In this document: positions 21,053-30,080 of the stretch, piece by piece
Layout: every line of letters starts with the position of its first letter
Numbering within the stretch: the stretch's first letter is position 1
The notes under the pieces: generated by a model
Seen by the model: only the letters and a program-made list of their open reading frames with translations
What the model was told of the DNA's origin: nothing
Databases searched by the model: none
Source: Bacteroidales bacterium
GTDB taxonomy: Bacteria > Bacteroidota > Bacteroidia > Bacteroidales > UBA932
Direction of reading: 5' to 3'
Length of the DNA: 64,000 bases
NCBI GenBank assembly: GCA_015060395.1
Contig: SUYP01000014.1
Coordinates: 2,966-66,965, forward strand
Position numbers and translations under genes: made by a program

Positions 21053-23596
21053 CTATTCCAGATTCCAGCCGCAGTGACCGAGGAACCATTCGATGTCGCT
21101 TTCGTTGATTCTTGGCTGCTTCTTGAGGATTTCCTGAAGATTTTTGTGATTTTCCATAAATGCCTCAGCAAGCTCTGCTGCCTTTTCAGGGGAGTACATA
21201 ATTGCCTCATTGATGGTACCCATCATTGCGAGCTCATCTATCGGGTCTGCTCCTGTGCGGAACTTGAGAGCTTCGATGCTTCGTGCCATACGGCGTGAAA
21301 TTCCTATGAGGCCTTCTGCGATTGCCGGCTGGTCGTCTGCATAAGTGATGACAACAGTCTTTTCTACAGAGCAATCTGCTACAGGCACGTCTATCACGAA
21401 TGCAAGATCTTCTCCAAGATACTCGTATGGAACATTCTCGCCGTTTACTGTAACATTTACAGGAGCTTCAGAAGCAAGAACCTTTACCTTGAACTCTCTC
21501 TCTGCCGGCATACCTTCGTATGAGCCCTTGCGTGGAGCGATTGTGACTGTCTGGACATTGCTGTTCCATCTGCTTGAAATATGGGTGGTAGCGTATGACT
21601 CAGCATAATCCTTGTCATTTCCTGCGTCTTCGTACATCTCGAAGCATCCTTCTCCGCCAGGGAAAACGGTCACATATATGTCCTCGTCATTGCTGTTGAG
21701 GTTATTGACCTCTTCTCCGTAGAACGGAAGGACAGAACCGGCCTTGATATATACTCCGTACTCGTCAAGTGCGAAATGACGCTTTACTACTGCACCTCCT
21801 TTGAGCAGAACGCCTGTGTGGAGCTCGTACCAGCTGCCCTCAGGAAGCCAGATCTCCGTCTCTGCGAATCCGTCAGTCATAGGCTTGGTGACAGGGGCAA
21901 TCAGCATATTGTCACCGAACATATACTGGCTGCGGAATTTCACGTCGTATGCTTCCTGAGCTTCCGGCCATTCGTAATAAAGCGGACGGCACAGGGCGAT
22001 ACCTTCGTCATATCCCTTACGGGCCATTGCGTAGATGTACGGCGCCATATCATAGCGCTGACGTACTGTCTGACGGATGACGTTGGTATATTCTTCTGTG
22101 AATACCCAAGGTTCCTTGTTGAGGGCACCGCTCTTCGAACTGTGGGTACGCATTACCGGGCTGAATCCGCCATATTGAAGCCATCTTGTGTACATTTCAG
22201 GATCGATGCTGTCTCCGAGGTGTCCTCCGATGTCGTGACTCCAATATCCGTATAGCACATTTGAAGCGGTTGATGTGAAATATGGCTGGAATTCGAGGGA
22301 TTTCCAGGTGATGGTGGCGTCTCCTGAGAAACCGACCTGGTAACGGTGGTTTCCGAGGCCACCCCAACGATGGTAGAGGAGTGGACGTTTGTCTCCATAA
22401 CGCTGCATATCGCTGAAATAGCAGTAGTTTATCCACCAGGTGTTATGAAGTTTGGTGAGCTTTGTATCGAATACGTGCTGCTGCCAGTCGAGCCACCAGA
22501 AATCCACGCCTTCCTTCTGCATAGGATGCATCACCTGCTCGAACATATTGCTCATAAACTGCTTGTCAGAATTGATCCATTCTATGCGGTCCTTGGATGC
22601 CGGATCCTTGCCGAGACTCTCTGCGAGGGCAGGGTAGCACTCCTCCCAATGGTCGAAACCGTCCGCAGGGTGGAGATTCAGAGTCACCTTCAGCCCCTCA
22701 TCCTTCAGATAGTCCATAAACTTGCCTGGGTTCGGAAAAATGCTCTTGTTCCAGGTCCATCCTGTCCATCCTCCGCGCCCTTCGTCGGTATAGTGCCAGT
22801 CCATATCGACAACGAGCACGTCAAGCGGAATGTCGTATGCGTGGAACTTGTCAACCAATGTCCTCATTTCCTTGTCGGAATATGCCCAATAGCGGCTCCA
22901 CCAGTATCCGAAGGTGAAACGTGGAGGAAGAGGCATCTTGCCTGCAAAGACTGTGAAATCCTTGAGAGCGACCTTGTAGTCGTGGCCGTATGCCATAAAG
23001 TACCAGTCCTGGCACTCCTTGTTCTCTCTCTCCTTCACCCAGGCCCACTCGGAATCATCGAAGAGATAGCTTTCCGATTCGTCGATCAGGGTCCATCCGT
23101 CTTTTGAGAGAATGCCGTCCTCGAACTGGCGGATCTCTCCCTTCTTCATATCAGATACCCAGTTCTGGGTCTGTACATCGCCGTCCAGTCCGTCAAGGGT
23201 CCTGAATGTTCCCTTGAGATTATGTTTCTGCTTCATCCCCGGCTTCCAGGTGAAGAAACCGTCATTAGCTTTGATCACAAGGTTGCCGGCGTTGAATTTA
23301 CCGCTTCCGGTCTTGTATTCCAGAGTCATCTTCTGTGTCTGGATCCTTACCTTCTTTCCGGAAGTCTTCACCTTGTAGTCCACTTCAGGATAGTCACGCT
23401 CTGAAGCGACAAATGATGCCAGATCGGTAAATCTTCCTTCAGGCTCCCATTCAAGACGGATCACACCGTCGGTAATTACCGTGAAGCGGACCTGTCCGTC
23501 CTGGTAGGCTACATTGCCGGAGGATTGTGCTGAAAGAGCGGCTGAAATCAGCATCAATGCCGTACAGATCAGTGTCCTGATTCTTCCTGTTGTCAT
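21053..23596 (-). CDS. GH31 alpha-glucosidase (WWLDWQQ, GH31_u1-like) with DUF5110
   Basis: VDMDWH, FWWLDWQQ, GFSGD and WSHDIGGH motifs; signal peptide. Confidence 0.85.
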   Translation of the reverse strand: MTTGRIRTLICTALMLISAALSAQSSGNVAYQDGQVRFTVITDGVIRLEWEPEGRFTDLASFVASERDYPEVDYKVKTSGKKVRIQTQKMTLEYKTGSGKFNAGNLVIKANDGFFTWKPGMKQKHNLKGTFRTLDGLDGDVQTQNWVSDMKKGEIRQFEDGILSKDGWTLIDESESYLFDDSEWAWVKERENKECQDWYFMAYGHDYKVALKDFTVFAGKMPLPPRFTFGYWWSRYWAYSDKEMRTLVDKFHAYDIPLDVLVVDMDWHYTDEGRGGWTGWTWNKSIFPNPGKFMDYLKDEGLKVTLNLHPADGFDHWEECYPALAESLGKDPASKDRIEWINSDKQFMSNMFEQVMHPMQKEGVDFWWLDWQQHVFDTKLTKLHNTWWINYCYFSDMQRYGDKRPLLYHRWGGLGNHRYQVGFSGDATITWKSLEFQPYFTSTASNVLYGYWSHDIGGHLGDSIDPEMYTRWLQYGGFSPVMRTHSSKSGALNKEPWVFTEEYTNVIRQTVRQRYDMAPYIYAMARKGYDEGIALCRPLYYEWPEAQEAYDVKFRSQYMFGDNMLIAPVTKPMTDGFAETEIWLPEGSWYELHTGVLLKGGAVVKRHFALDEYGVYIKAGSVLPFYGEEVNNLNSNDEDIYVTVFPGGEGCFEMYEDAGNDKDYAESYATTHISSRWNSNVQTVTIAPRKGSYEGMPAEREFKVKVLASEAPVNVTVNGENVPYEYLGEDLAFVIDVPVADCSVEKTVVITYADDQPAIAEGLIGISRRMARSIEALKFRTGADPIDELAMMGTINEAIMYSPEKAAELAEAFMENHKNLQEILKKQPRINESDIEWFLGHCGWNLE

Positions 23597-23651
23597 ACTC
23601 GTTATGGAATTAGTGATTAATCAATATGTAAATATAGTCATTTATTTTAAA

Positions 23652-23681
23652 ACCGGCCCGTCCTTCACAGGAAAGGCCGGT
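23652..23681 (-). terminator. Probable intrinsic terminator after the GH13 genes
   Basis: Minus strand reads accggcc...ggccggt followed by tttaaaat. Confidence 0.5.
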
Positions 23682-23738
23682 GAGTGTGACAATCTACTAA
23701 CCAACAATAAAAAGATCATCACAATATTTCGATAATGA

Positions 23739-25079
23739 CTATTTCAGAATGATATATCCGTACGGATCAAGGTGGATGTTCGCGCCAAGCTTGACAGTTT
23801 CACTTGTCATAAGGTCTGTGCACTGCTTTTCCGACCATTCTGCAGGAAGAGCGAAGGTGTAGTCCTCGTGACGGACATTCACCAGCACAAGGACAGCTTC
23901 ATCAGTGCAGCTCTTCTGGAATGCGAGTATGTTCTCATCCGGATAGGCTGTGATCTCTCCCTTGCGGATTGCCGGTATCGCATTATAATTTTCAAGAAGC
24001 TTTGTGTATTCCTTATTGAGTCCCTGGCAGCTTTCCCAGTCCATAGGAACATATCTGAAGAAATTGATCCTGCCTGGATATCCCACTTCCTGCGAGCCAT
24101 ATACAAGAGCACCTCCGTGGAGGTAAGTGGAAGCTACAAATGCTGCCATAGAACCGCGCTCACCGCCGAATTCGCGGATAGGAGACATCTTGTCAGACTC
24201 GTCGTGATTTGTGGTGAAGCGGAGTTTCACACATCCTTCAGGGATTCCTGCATACTCGGCTGAGTCAGCAGCGAAAAGAGTGTATGCAGGCTGTGCAGGA
24301 CCGCGTCTTCCTCCGTTGAAAACCCTTCTTACCGCCTCAAGATAGTCCCAGGCATAGTTCATTTCGAATCCTGCGTCAAAATGATCCTTTCTCTTGCCTT
24401 CAGCAAGAAGGAGAAGCTTGTGGTCAGGAATGGCGCGGAGTGAGTCGCAGCACTGCTTCCAGAAGTCGAAAGGCACGAAGTCGGCAGCATCACAGCGGAA
24501 ACCGTCGATGCCTACCTCTGTAACCCAATACTTCATTGCATCGATCATCGCCAGACGCATTTCTGCATTGTCGAAGTTAAGGTCGGCGACGTCGAGCCAG
24601 CCTGTATTTGCCGGAGATACGATCTCACCGTTTTCATCCAGTGTGTACCAGTCCTTGTGCTCCATCCAGTTGCTGTCCCAGGATGTGTGGTTGGCAACCC
24701 AGTCCACTATGACGCTCATACCCTTCTGGTGACACTGCGCCACAAGACTCTTGAACTCTTCAAGGGTGCCGAATTCAGGGTTTACGCCCTTGTAGTCGCT
24801 GATGCAGTATGGGGAATTCACGGTCTTGATCTGACCTACAGGGTATATAGGCATAAACCAGACTACATTCGTTCCCAATGCCTTGATGGAGTCAAGGTGC
24901 TGAGCAACGGCATTGAATGACTTCTCAGGAGCAAATACGCGTGGATTCACCTGATACATCATAACGTCCTCTGGAGCAGGGACTTCATAGCCACCCTCAC
25001 AGCTGCATTCATTGCTGCAGCAGGATGATGCAATCATTGCACAGGCCAGCAGACCTGCAAATATGTTTCTATATGTCAT
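23739..25079 (-). CDS. GH13 alpha-amylase-family lipoprotein; start placed at MTYRN
   Basis: DWVANH, GFRCD, LAEG and NHD catalytic regions; lipobox IASSC. Confidence 0.87.
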   Translation of the reverse strand: MTYRNIFAGLLACAMIASSCCSNECSCEGGYEVPAPEDVMMYQVNPRVFAPEKSFNAVAQHLDSIKALGTNVVWFMPIYPVGQIKTVNSPYCISDYKGVNPEFGTLEEFKSLVAQCHQKGMSVIVDWVANHTSWDSNWMEHKDWYTLDENGEIVSPANTGWLDVADLNFDNAEMRLAMIDAMKYWVTEVGIDGFRCDAADFVPFDFWKQCCDSLRAIPDHKLLLLAEGKRKDHFDAGFEMNYAWDYLEAVRRVFNGGRRGPAQPAYTLFAADSAEYAGIPEGCVKLRFTTNHDESDKMSPIREFGGERGSMAAFVASTYLHGGALVYGSQEVGYPGRINFFRYVPMDWESCQGLNKEYTKLLENYNAIPAIRKGEITAYPDENILAFQKSCTDEAVLVLVNVRHEDYTFALPAEWSEKQCTDLMTSETVKLGANIHLDPYGYIILK

Positions 25080-25080
25080 A

Positions 25081-26433
25081 TTATTTCTCGATTTTCCAGA
25101 TTTTGTACTGATATGCTTCAAGATTCAAGGCTGCAGGAATGTTTTCTGACTTGCCGGTCATCATATCCACCGCCTTGTCTCCTGCACGCTCCATAGGAGT
25201 CTTGACCTGTACGGAAGAACCGCTGGTGTTGGCTACTACCATCAGGCCTCCCTTGTAATATATAGATACGACGTCGCCGGTGTTGTACAGTACCGGTTCA
25301 CCGCCTCTGATCGGGGCAGACTCCTGATATGCTGCCATAACTTTCTGATACTCTTCGGTATATGCGGGATTGCTGTTCCAATCCATCAGCACATTGGTGA
25401 AGAAATTGACTGTCTTGGCATATCCGATCTCCTGAGAGCTGTAGATCAGAGGGATACCTCCCATATATGCCGAGATCACGAATGCGGACATCGCTCCACG
25501 CTCTCCCTTGTACATAGTGATAGGGGAGGACTCGTTCATAGCCTTGTCGTGGTTGGTGGAGAATCTGAGTCTCTCCTTACCTTCTGCAAGTCCCTTGTAC
25601 TCATTTGCGTGTGCATCGTAAAGTCTTGAAACGTCCATCCTTCCGCTGAATACGGACGCAAGTTTTGACTGGAAATCCCATCCGTAAAGCATCTGGAATC
25701 CGCAGTCGAGAAGTTCCAGTTCGGAACCTTCGGCAAGAAGGACCGCATCAGACTTGAGCGCGAGCACTGCATCAAGTGCATCCTTCCAGAAATCGGCCGG
25801 CACACCGTCTGCATAGTCGCACCTGAAACCGTCAATGTCTGCTTCCTTGACCCAGAAGGTCATAGCATCGATCATTGCGGTACGGAGCTCCTTGCTGTTG
25901 AAATTGAGGTCGGCCACGTCGTTCCATCCCATACCGGCCGGTGAAATGATGTTGCCGTTCGCATCCTTCGTGAACCATTCCGGATGCTGTTCGATCCAGA
26001 CATTATCCCAGGATGTATGATTGGCGATCCAGTCAAGTATCACCTTCATATCCATAGAATGAGCCTTCCTGACTAGCGATTTCAGGTCGTCGATGGTGCC
26101 GTATGAACTGTTTACGGCCTTGAAATCCCTGATGCAGTATGGAGAACCTACTGAATTCTTGGATCCCTGCTGCTGTATAGGCATAAGCCAGAGTACATTC
26201 ACACCAAGATCCTGAATCTCATCTAGACGGTCTTCGATCGCCTTTAATGATTTGCTTGAAGCGAACACCTTAGGGTTGGCTTCATATATGACCATTGTAT
26301 TTCCCGGTTCGGTCAGTTCGGGAGTTTCAGGTCCGTCCGGCTCAACGGGTCCCTTATTCTCTTCCCCGCAGCTGACTGCGCTCAGTGTGAGCGCAGCCAG
26401 GAGGGAAATGAGAAGTGTCTTATTTAACTTCAT
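25081..26433 (-). CDS. GH13 alpha-amylase-family lipoprotein (paralog)
   Basis: DWIANH, GFRCD, LAEG and NHD regions; lipobox AVSC. Confidence 0.87.
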   Translation of the reverse strand: MKLNKTLLISLLAALTLSAVSCGEENKGPVEPDGPETPELTEPGNTMVIYEANPKVFASSKSLKAIEDRLDEIQDLGVNVLWLMPIQQQGSKNSVGSPYCIRDFKAVNSSYGTIDDLKSLVRKAHSMDMKVILDWIANHTSWDNVWIEQHPEWFTKDANGNIISPAGMGWNDVADLNFNSKELRTAMIDAMTFWVKEADIDGFRCDYADGVPADFWKDALDAVLALKSDAVLLAEGSELELLDCGFQMLYGWDFQSKLASVFSGRMDVSRLYDAHANEYKGLAEGKERLRFSTNHDKAMNESSPITMYKGERGAMSAFVISAYMGGIPLIYSSQEIGYAKTVNFFTNVLMDWNSNPAYTEEYQKVMAAYQESAPIRGGEPVLYNTGDVVSIYYKGGLMVVANTSGSSVQVKTPMERAGDKAVDMMTGKSENIPAALNLEAYQYKIWKIEK

Positions 26434-26439
26434 TATATG

Positions 26440-28260
26440 CTATTCGATTACTGAAACGCCTTCAGCTGTTACTGTAAGGAAGATGTCGCGGTCAGCTGTG
26501 ATATTATAGTCACCGTGCTGGATTCCGCCTCCGTTGTTGTTGAAGATAAGGTTGCAGGATGTTCCGAATCCGTTTGCAGGAATTTCGAACACCTTGTATT
26601 CCTTGCCGTCAACAGTCTCTGTCGTGCAGGCTGCACCTGGCCATCCTCCTACAACATCGTTGATATCACCCCAAGAGTACATTGTTATTGCATCCCAGCC
26701 TGTCTGGTCGTCAACATAGACCTTTACGGATGGAGCTGTAACTATTTCGGCTGCAGTTTCGCCTGCAACGAGGAAGTTGTAATGAGCAATCGTAACGACA
26801 GGAGCATCGTACTGCGTACCGGCGTTGTTGTTGAAGATAGGATGATATACAAGGTCGTATGCAGTTGCAGTAGTCTCAACTCTGCTGTATGCCACGCCGC
26901 CGCAGGTCACATTGTTCTCAAGTGAGACACCTGGCCATCCGCCGAAGAGCTCCGGAAGAGCATCGCCCCAGGCATACATATATGTAGGCTCGTATCCGGT
27001 GTTGTTCTGAACGTAGAATACTACAGGGACAGGATCTGCAGGTGTTTCAGGCTCTGGTTCCTTGCCTGTGCAGTCCTTGCAGCCCTCACAGTCACAGTCG
27101 CAGCCGCCTTCGTCTTCTCCGCCTTCATCTTCTCCACCTTCGTCACCACCGGCAGGCTCGCGGTTGAACGGATCCTCGATTACGGCACAATCCTTCTCAC
27201 CTGAGATCACATAGAAGTGGTCAACTACGTCAGCGCTGAATGTAACAGGCATATCACCGGTCTGGATGCCGCCACCATTGTTGTTGAAGATAAGGTTCTG
27301 TCCGAGTCCCTCAACATCTGCGATGGCATATTCGAAGTATGTATATTCAACTCCGGCAATCTTTGCAGTTCCGACAGGCTGCTGGCCAGGCCATCCGCCG
27401 CCGAGGTCGTTCACATCACCCCACTGATAGAGAGCTACAGCCTCCCAGCCCGCCTGATTGTCAACATATACGCGTATAGTGCCCTCGTGTGACGGGAGAG
27501 AGTTGGCTGCTTCCACACCCTCGTCTGTGATGGTGAGGAAGTACTCATCCTTGTCAAGTGTCACATTATAGTCCGCAAGCTGTGAACCACCGCCGTTATT
27601 GTTGAAGATGAGGTTCAGGTTCAAGCCTCTGTTCGCCTCGCCGAGGTCGAAGTATGTCCAGGTGGTGCCGTCGATGGCGATTTCGCCTGTAGGCTGCATT
27701 CCCGGCCATCCGCCGAATGCCTCTGCGTCGCCCCAAGCATAGAGTGCAAGGGCATCCCAGCTGGTCTTGTTGTCAACATAGAGGACCGGACCGTCGTGCT
27801 CGATCTCTGGAGCTACATAGAAGAACATATTCCAGTATGATACATAGATGCTTGTCCTTGTACCGGCTGCAAAAACATCTGTGCGGTTTACAGCCTCGTT
27901 CTTAGCAGTCCTCTCCTCACCCTCACGTACGGATACGAAACGGTAGCCGTCAGCAAGTGTCTTTCCGTTCACGAATGATGATGGGTCAAGATAGATTCCC
28001 CACTTCTTGTCGATAGTGGTGGATTTCTCAAGATGCCACCTTACATCCTCAGCGGCAACTTCGTCACCTCCGTTGAAAGGTCCGGAGATATAGATCACAT
28101 CGTCAGCCTTCGTGCTTGAAGGAACGATGACCTCAAGGAGGATCATACCTTCCTTGGTCTCAAAGGCAGGCTGCTCGTGGTCAAAAACGATTTCTTCCTG
28201 AGCGCAGGCTCCGAGAAGCATCATCAATGGCAGCAAAAGCCAGTTAAATATCTTTTTCAT
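26440..28260 (-). CDS. Surface glycan-binding lipoprotein with four CBM26-like starch-binding modules
   Basis: Lipobox LGAC; four repeats of YV.N..GW....Y.WGD...GGWPG...IFNNN.G.Q. Confidence 0.75.
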   Translation of the reverse strand: MKKIFNWLLLPLMMLLGACAQEEIVFDHEQPAFETKEGMILLEVIVPSSTKADDVIYISGPFNGGDEVAAEDVRWHLEKSTTIDKKWGIYLDPSSFVNGKTLADGYRFVSVREGEERTAKNEAVNRTDVFAAGTRTSIYVSYWNMFFYVAPEIEHDGPVLYVDNKTSWDALALYAWGDAEAFGGWPGMQPTGEIAIDGTTWTYFDLGEANRGLNLNLIFNNNGGGSQLADYNVTLDKDEYFLTITDEGVEAANSLPSHEGTIRVYVDNQAGWEAVALYQWGDVNDLGGGWPGQQPVGTAKIAGVEYTYFEYAIADVEGLGQNLIFNNNGGGIQTGDMPVTFSADVVDHFYVISGEKDCAVIEDPFNREPAGGDEGGEDEGGEDEGGCDCDCEGCKDCTGKEPEPETPADPVPVVFYVQNNTGYEPTYMYAWGDALPELFGGWPGVSLENNVTCGGVAYSRVETTATAYDLVYHPIFNNNAGTQYDAPVVTIAHYNFLVAGETAAEIVTAPSVKVYVDDQTGWDAITMYSWGDINDVVGGWPGAACTTETVDGKEYKVFEIPANGFGTSCNLIFNNNGGGIQHGDYNITADRDIFLTVTAEGVSVIE

Positions 28261-28273
28261 TATTTATGATCTA

Positions 28274-30076
28274 TTAATAGTTAGGATTCTGTACAAGACC
28301 TGGGTTAACCAGAAGTGCTGATGCAGGAAGCGGATACCACTCATACTTTCTGTCACGCTTTGCAGGATATGAACCATATCCGTCGGACTCTACGCGGCCG
28401 AAGAACCACCACTGTCCCTGGGTGAACTTGTCGAAACGGCGGAGGTCTGTGCGACGGCGGCGGCCCTCACCGAGGAACTCGAGGCCCCACTCGTGGAGCA
28501 TCCAGTCGTTGTCGTATGAAGAGAAGCCCATAGGGAGTGCGAGAGCATCTGCTGCGTTGTCAAAATATCTGCCCTTCACGCTCTTCACGAGATCCTTTGC
28601 AGCTTCAGCCTGACCTGCGCGGAGCTTGCACTCTGCAAGTGTATATACGACTTCTGAAAGACGGAACTCAACTTCGTCGATGTTCTGGAAGTCGATGCCG
28701 GCATCCTGAGGATAGATAGGATACTTGATCATACGGATTCCTGAGTTGGTCTCACCCCAACGCGGATGCATTACGGTCTGGAGAGGTGTACCGAGGTTGA
28801 GGAATGTTCCCACCTGGTCAACATATACCAGATCCTGACCCTCGCGGTCAGCGTCAGCCTTGAGAGGGGTAGTACCGTCGTGGCTCATCATAGCTCCCTT
28901 GAGGAACATACCTCCGTTCCAGCTTCCATCAGCTTCTGCGCGGAAGTTTGCCTTTACGCGGATATCGTTCTTGTTGAATCTTTCGTAAACGGCTCCGAGC
29001 TTGTCACCATACTTCGCATCGAGGAAGCAGGTAGCACCTGTCGAACCACCGAGAGTCTGAACCTCTCCGGAGTTGTCGAATGATGGAGCAAGGCAGGTAC
29101 AGTTCCATCCTGACTGCTCGTATGTTCCGCCCATATACTCCCAGATGTTGTATGGAAGGCTAGGCATATTCTTCATCCAGCCGATGTTGAGCTGACCTAC
29201 TTCAGTAGCGAATGCCATCACTACCTCAGGACAGTTCACGTTATCGATGGTGTAGATGTCCCTGTGGTCTGCAGCGATGCTGTATGTACCGTATTTGCCG
29301 TCGAGGATTTCCTGAGCGAGTGTTGCGCACTCATCATACTTTGCTACACCGGTGAACACCTCGGAGTTAAGGAGCATACGCATCTTGAGCATACGGTTCA
29401 CAGCCTGATTCATTCTGTTGGACTCGTTCTGTGGAAGAGCCTCCCAGCAGCCGTCAAGTTCCTCTACGATGAAGTCGAAGATCTTCTGGCAGCTTGTGTT
29501 GAAATCAGGATCGGCGGTTCCAGGTATTTCTGAAGACTCGGCTGATGCCTTGATGTTGAGAGGAAGGGCACCGCCCCAGATCTCATAGATGTTGTAATAT
29601 GCCCAGGCACGGAGTGTGCGGCACTCTGCGATGTAGAGGTCAAGCTTCTCCTGAGACATACCGATAGCCTCCGGAGTTACATTGTTGAGCTCATAGATCA
29701 CGTTGTTTGCGAGACCGATGGTAGTCCAGGCCTTTTCCCAAGCCTGACGTACGATGGTTGACTCGGCATTCCAGGTGTGTGACGAAAGCACGAACTTGAG
29801 GGCTTCGTCCCATCCCCAGGCGCCACCGTTCCAGGTTCTCCACGCAATCTGGTCGGCAGAGAACTCCTGAAGATACCAGAAATACTCGCAGTAGCCGTAT
29901 GCCGCCTCTGCATAGATGGCTCCAACGGCACCCTGCACACTCGCTTCATCAGCGAAATACACTGATCCGTCAACCCTGTCGAACACTTCTTCATCGAGAT
30001 TGAAGCAGGAAGTATATGACACGCAGGCTGCGAGCAGCAATGCAATATTCAATATATATCTTTTCATTTCATTCAT
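28274..30076 (-). CDS. susD: SusD/RagB lipoprotein
   Basis: Lipobox TSC; LRAWAYY, FRLSEV and EGRRRRTDLRRF motifs; C-terminal QNPNY; follows susC. Confidence 0.9.
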   Translation of the reverse strand: MNEMKRYILNIALLLAACVSYTSCFNLDEEVFDRVDGSVYFADEASVQGAVGAIYAEAAYGYCEYFWYLQEFSADQIAWRTWNGGAWGWDEALKFVLSSHTWNAESTIVRQAWEKAWTTIGLANNVIYELNNVTPEAIGMSQEKLDLYIAECRTLRAWAYYNIYEIWGGALPLNIKASAESSEIPGTADPDFNTSCQKIFDFIVEELDGCWEALPQNESNRMNQAVNRMLKMRMLLNSEVFTGVAKYDECATLAQEILDGKYGTYSIAADHRDIYTIDNVNCPEVVMAFATEVGQLNIGWMKNMPSLPYNIWEYMGGTYEQSGWNCTCLAPSFDNSGEVQTLGGSTGATCFLDAKYGDKLGAVYERFNKNDIRVKANFRAEADGSWNGGMFLKGAMMSHDGTTPLKADADREGQDLVYVDQVGTFLNLGTPLQTVMHPRWGETNSGIRMIKYPIYPQDAGIDFQNIDEVEFRLSEVVYTLAECKLRAGQAEAAKDLVKSVKGRYFDNAADALALPMGFSSYDNDWMLHEWGLEFLGEGRRRRTDLRRFDKFTQGQWWFFGRVESDGYGSYPAKRDRKYEWYPLPASALLVNPGLVQNPNY

Positions 30077-30080
30077 ATTA

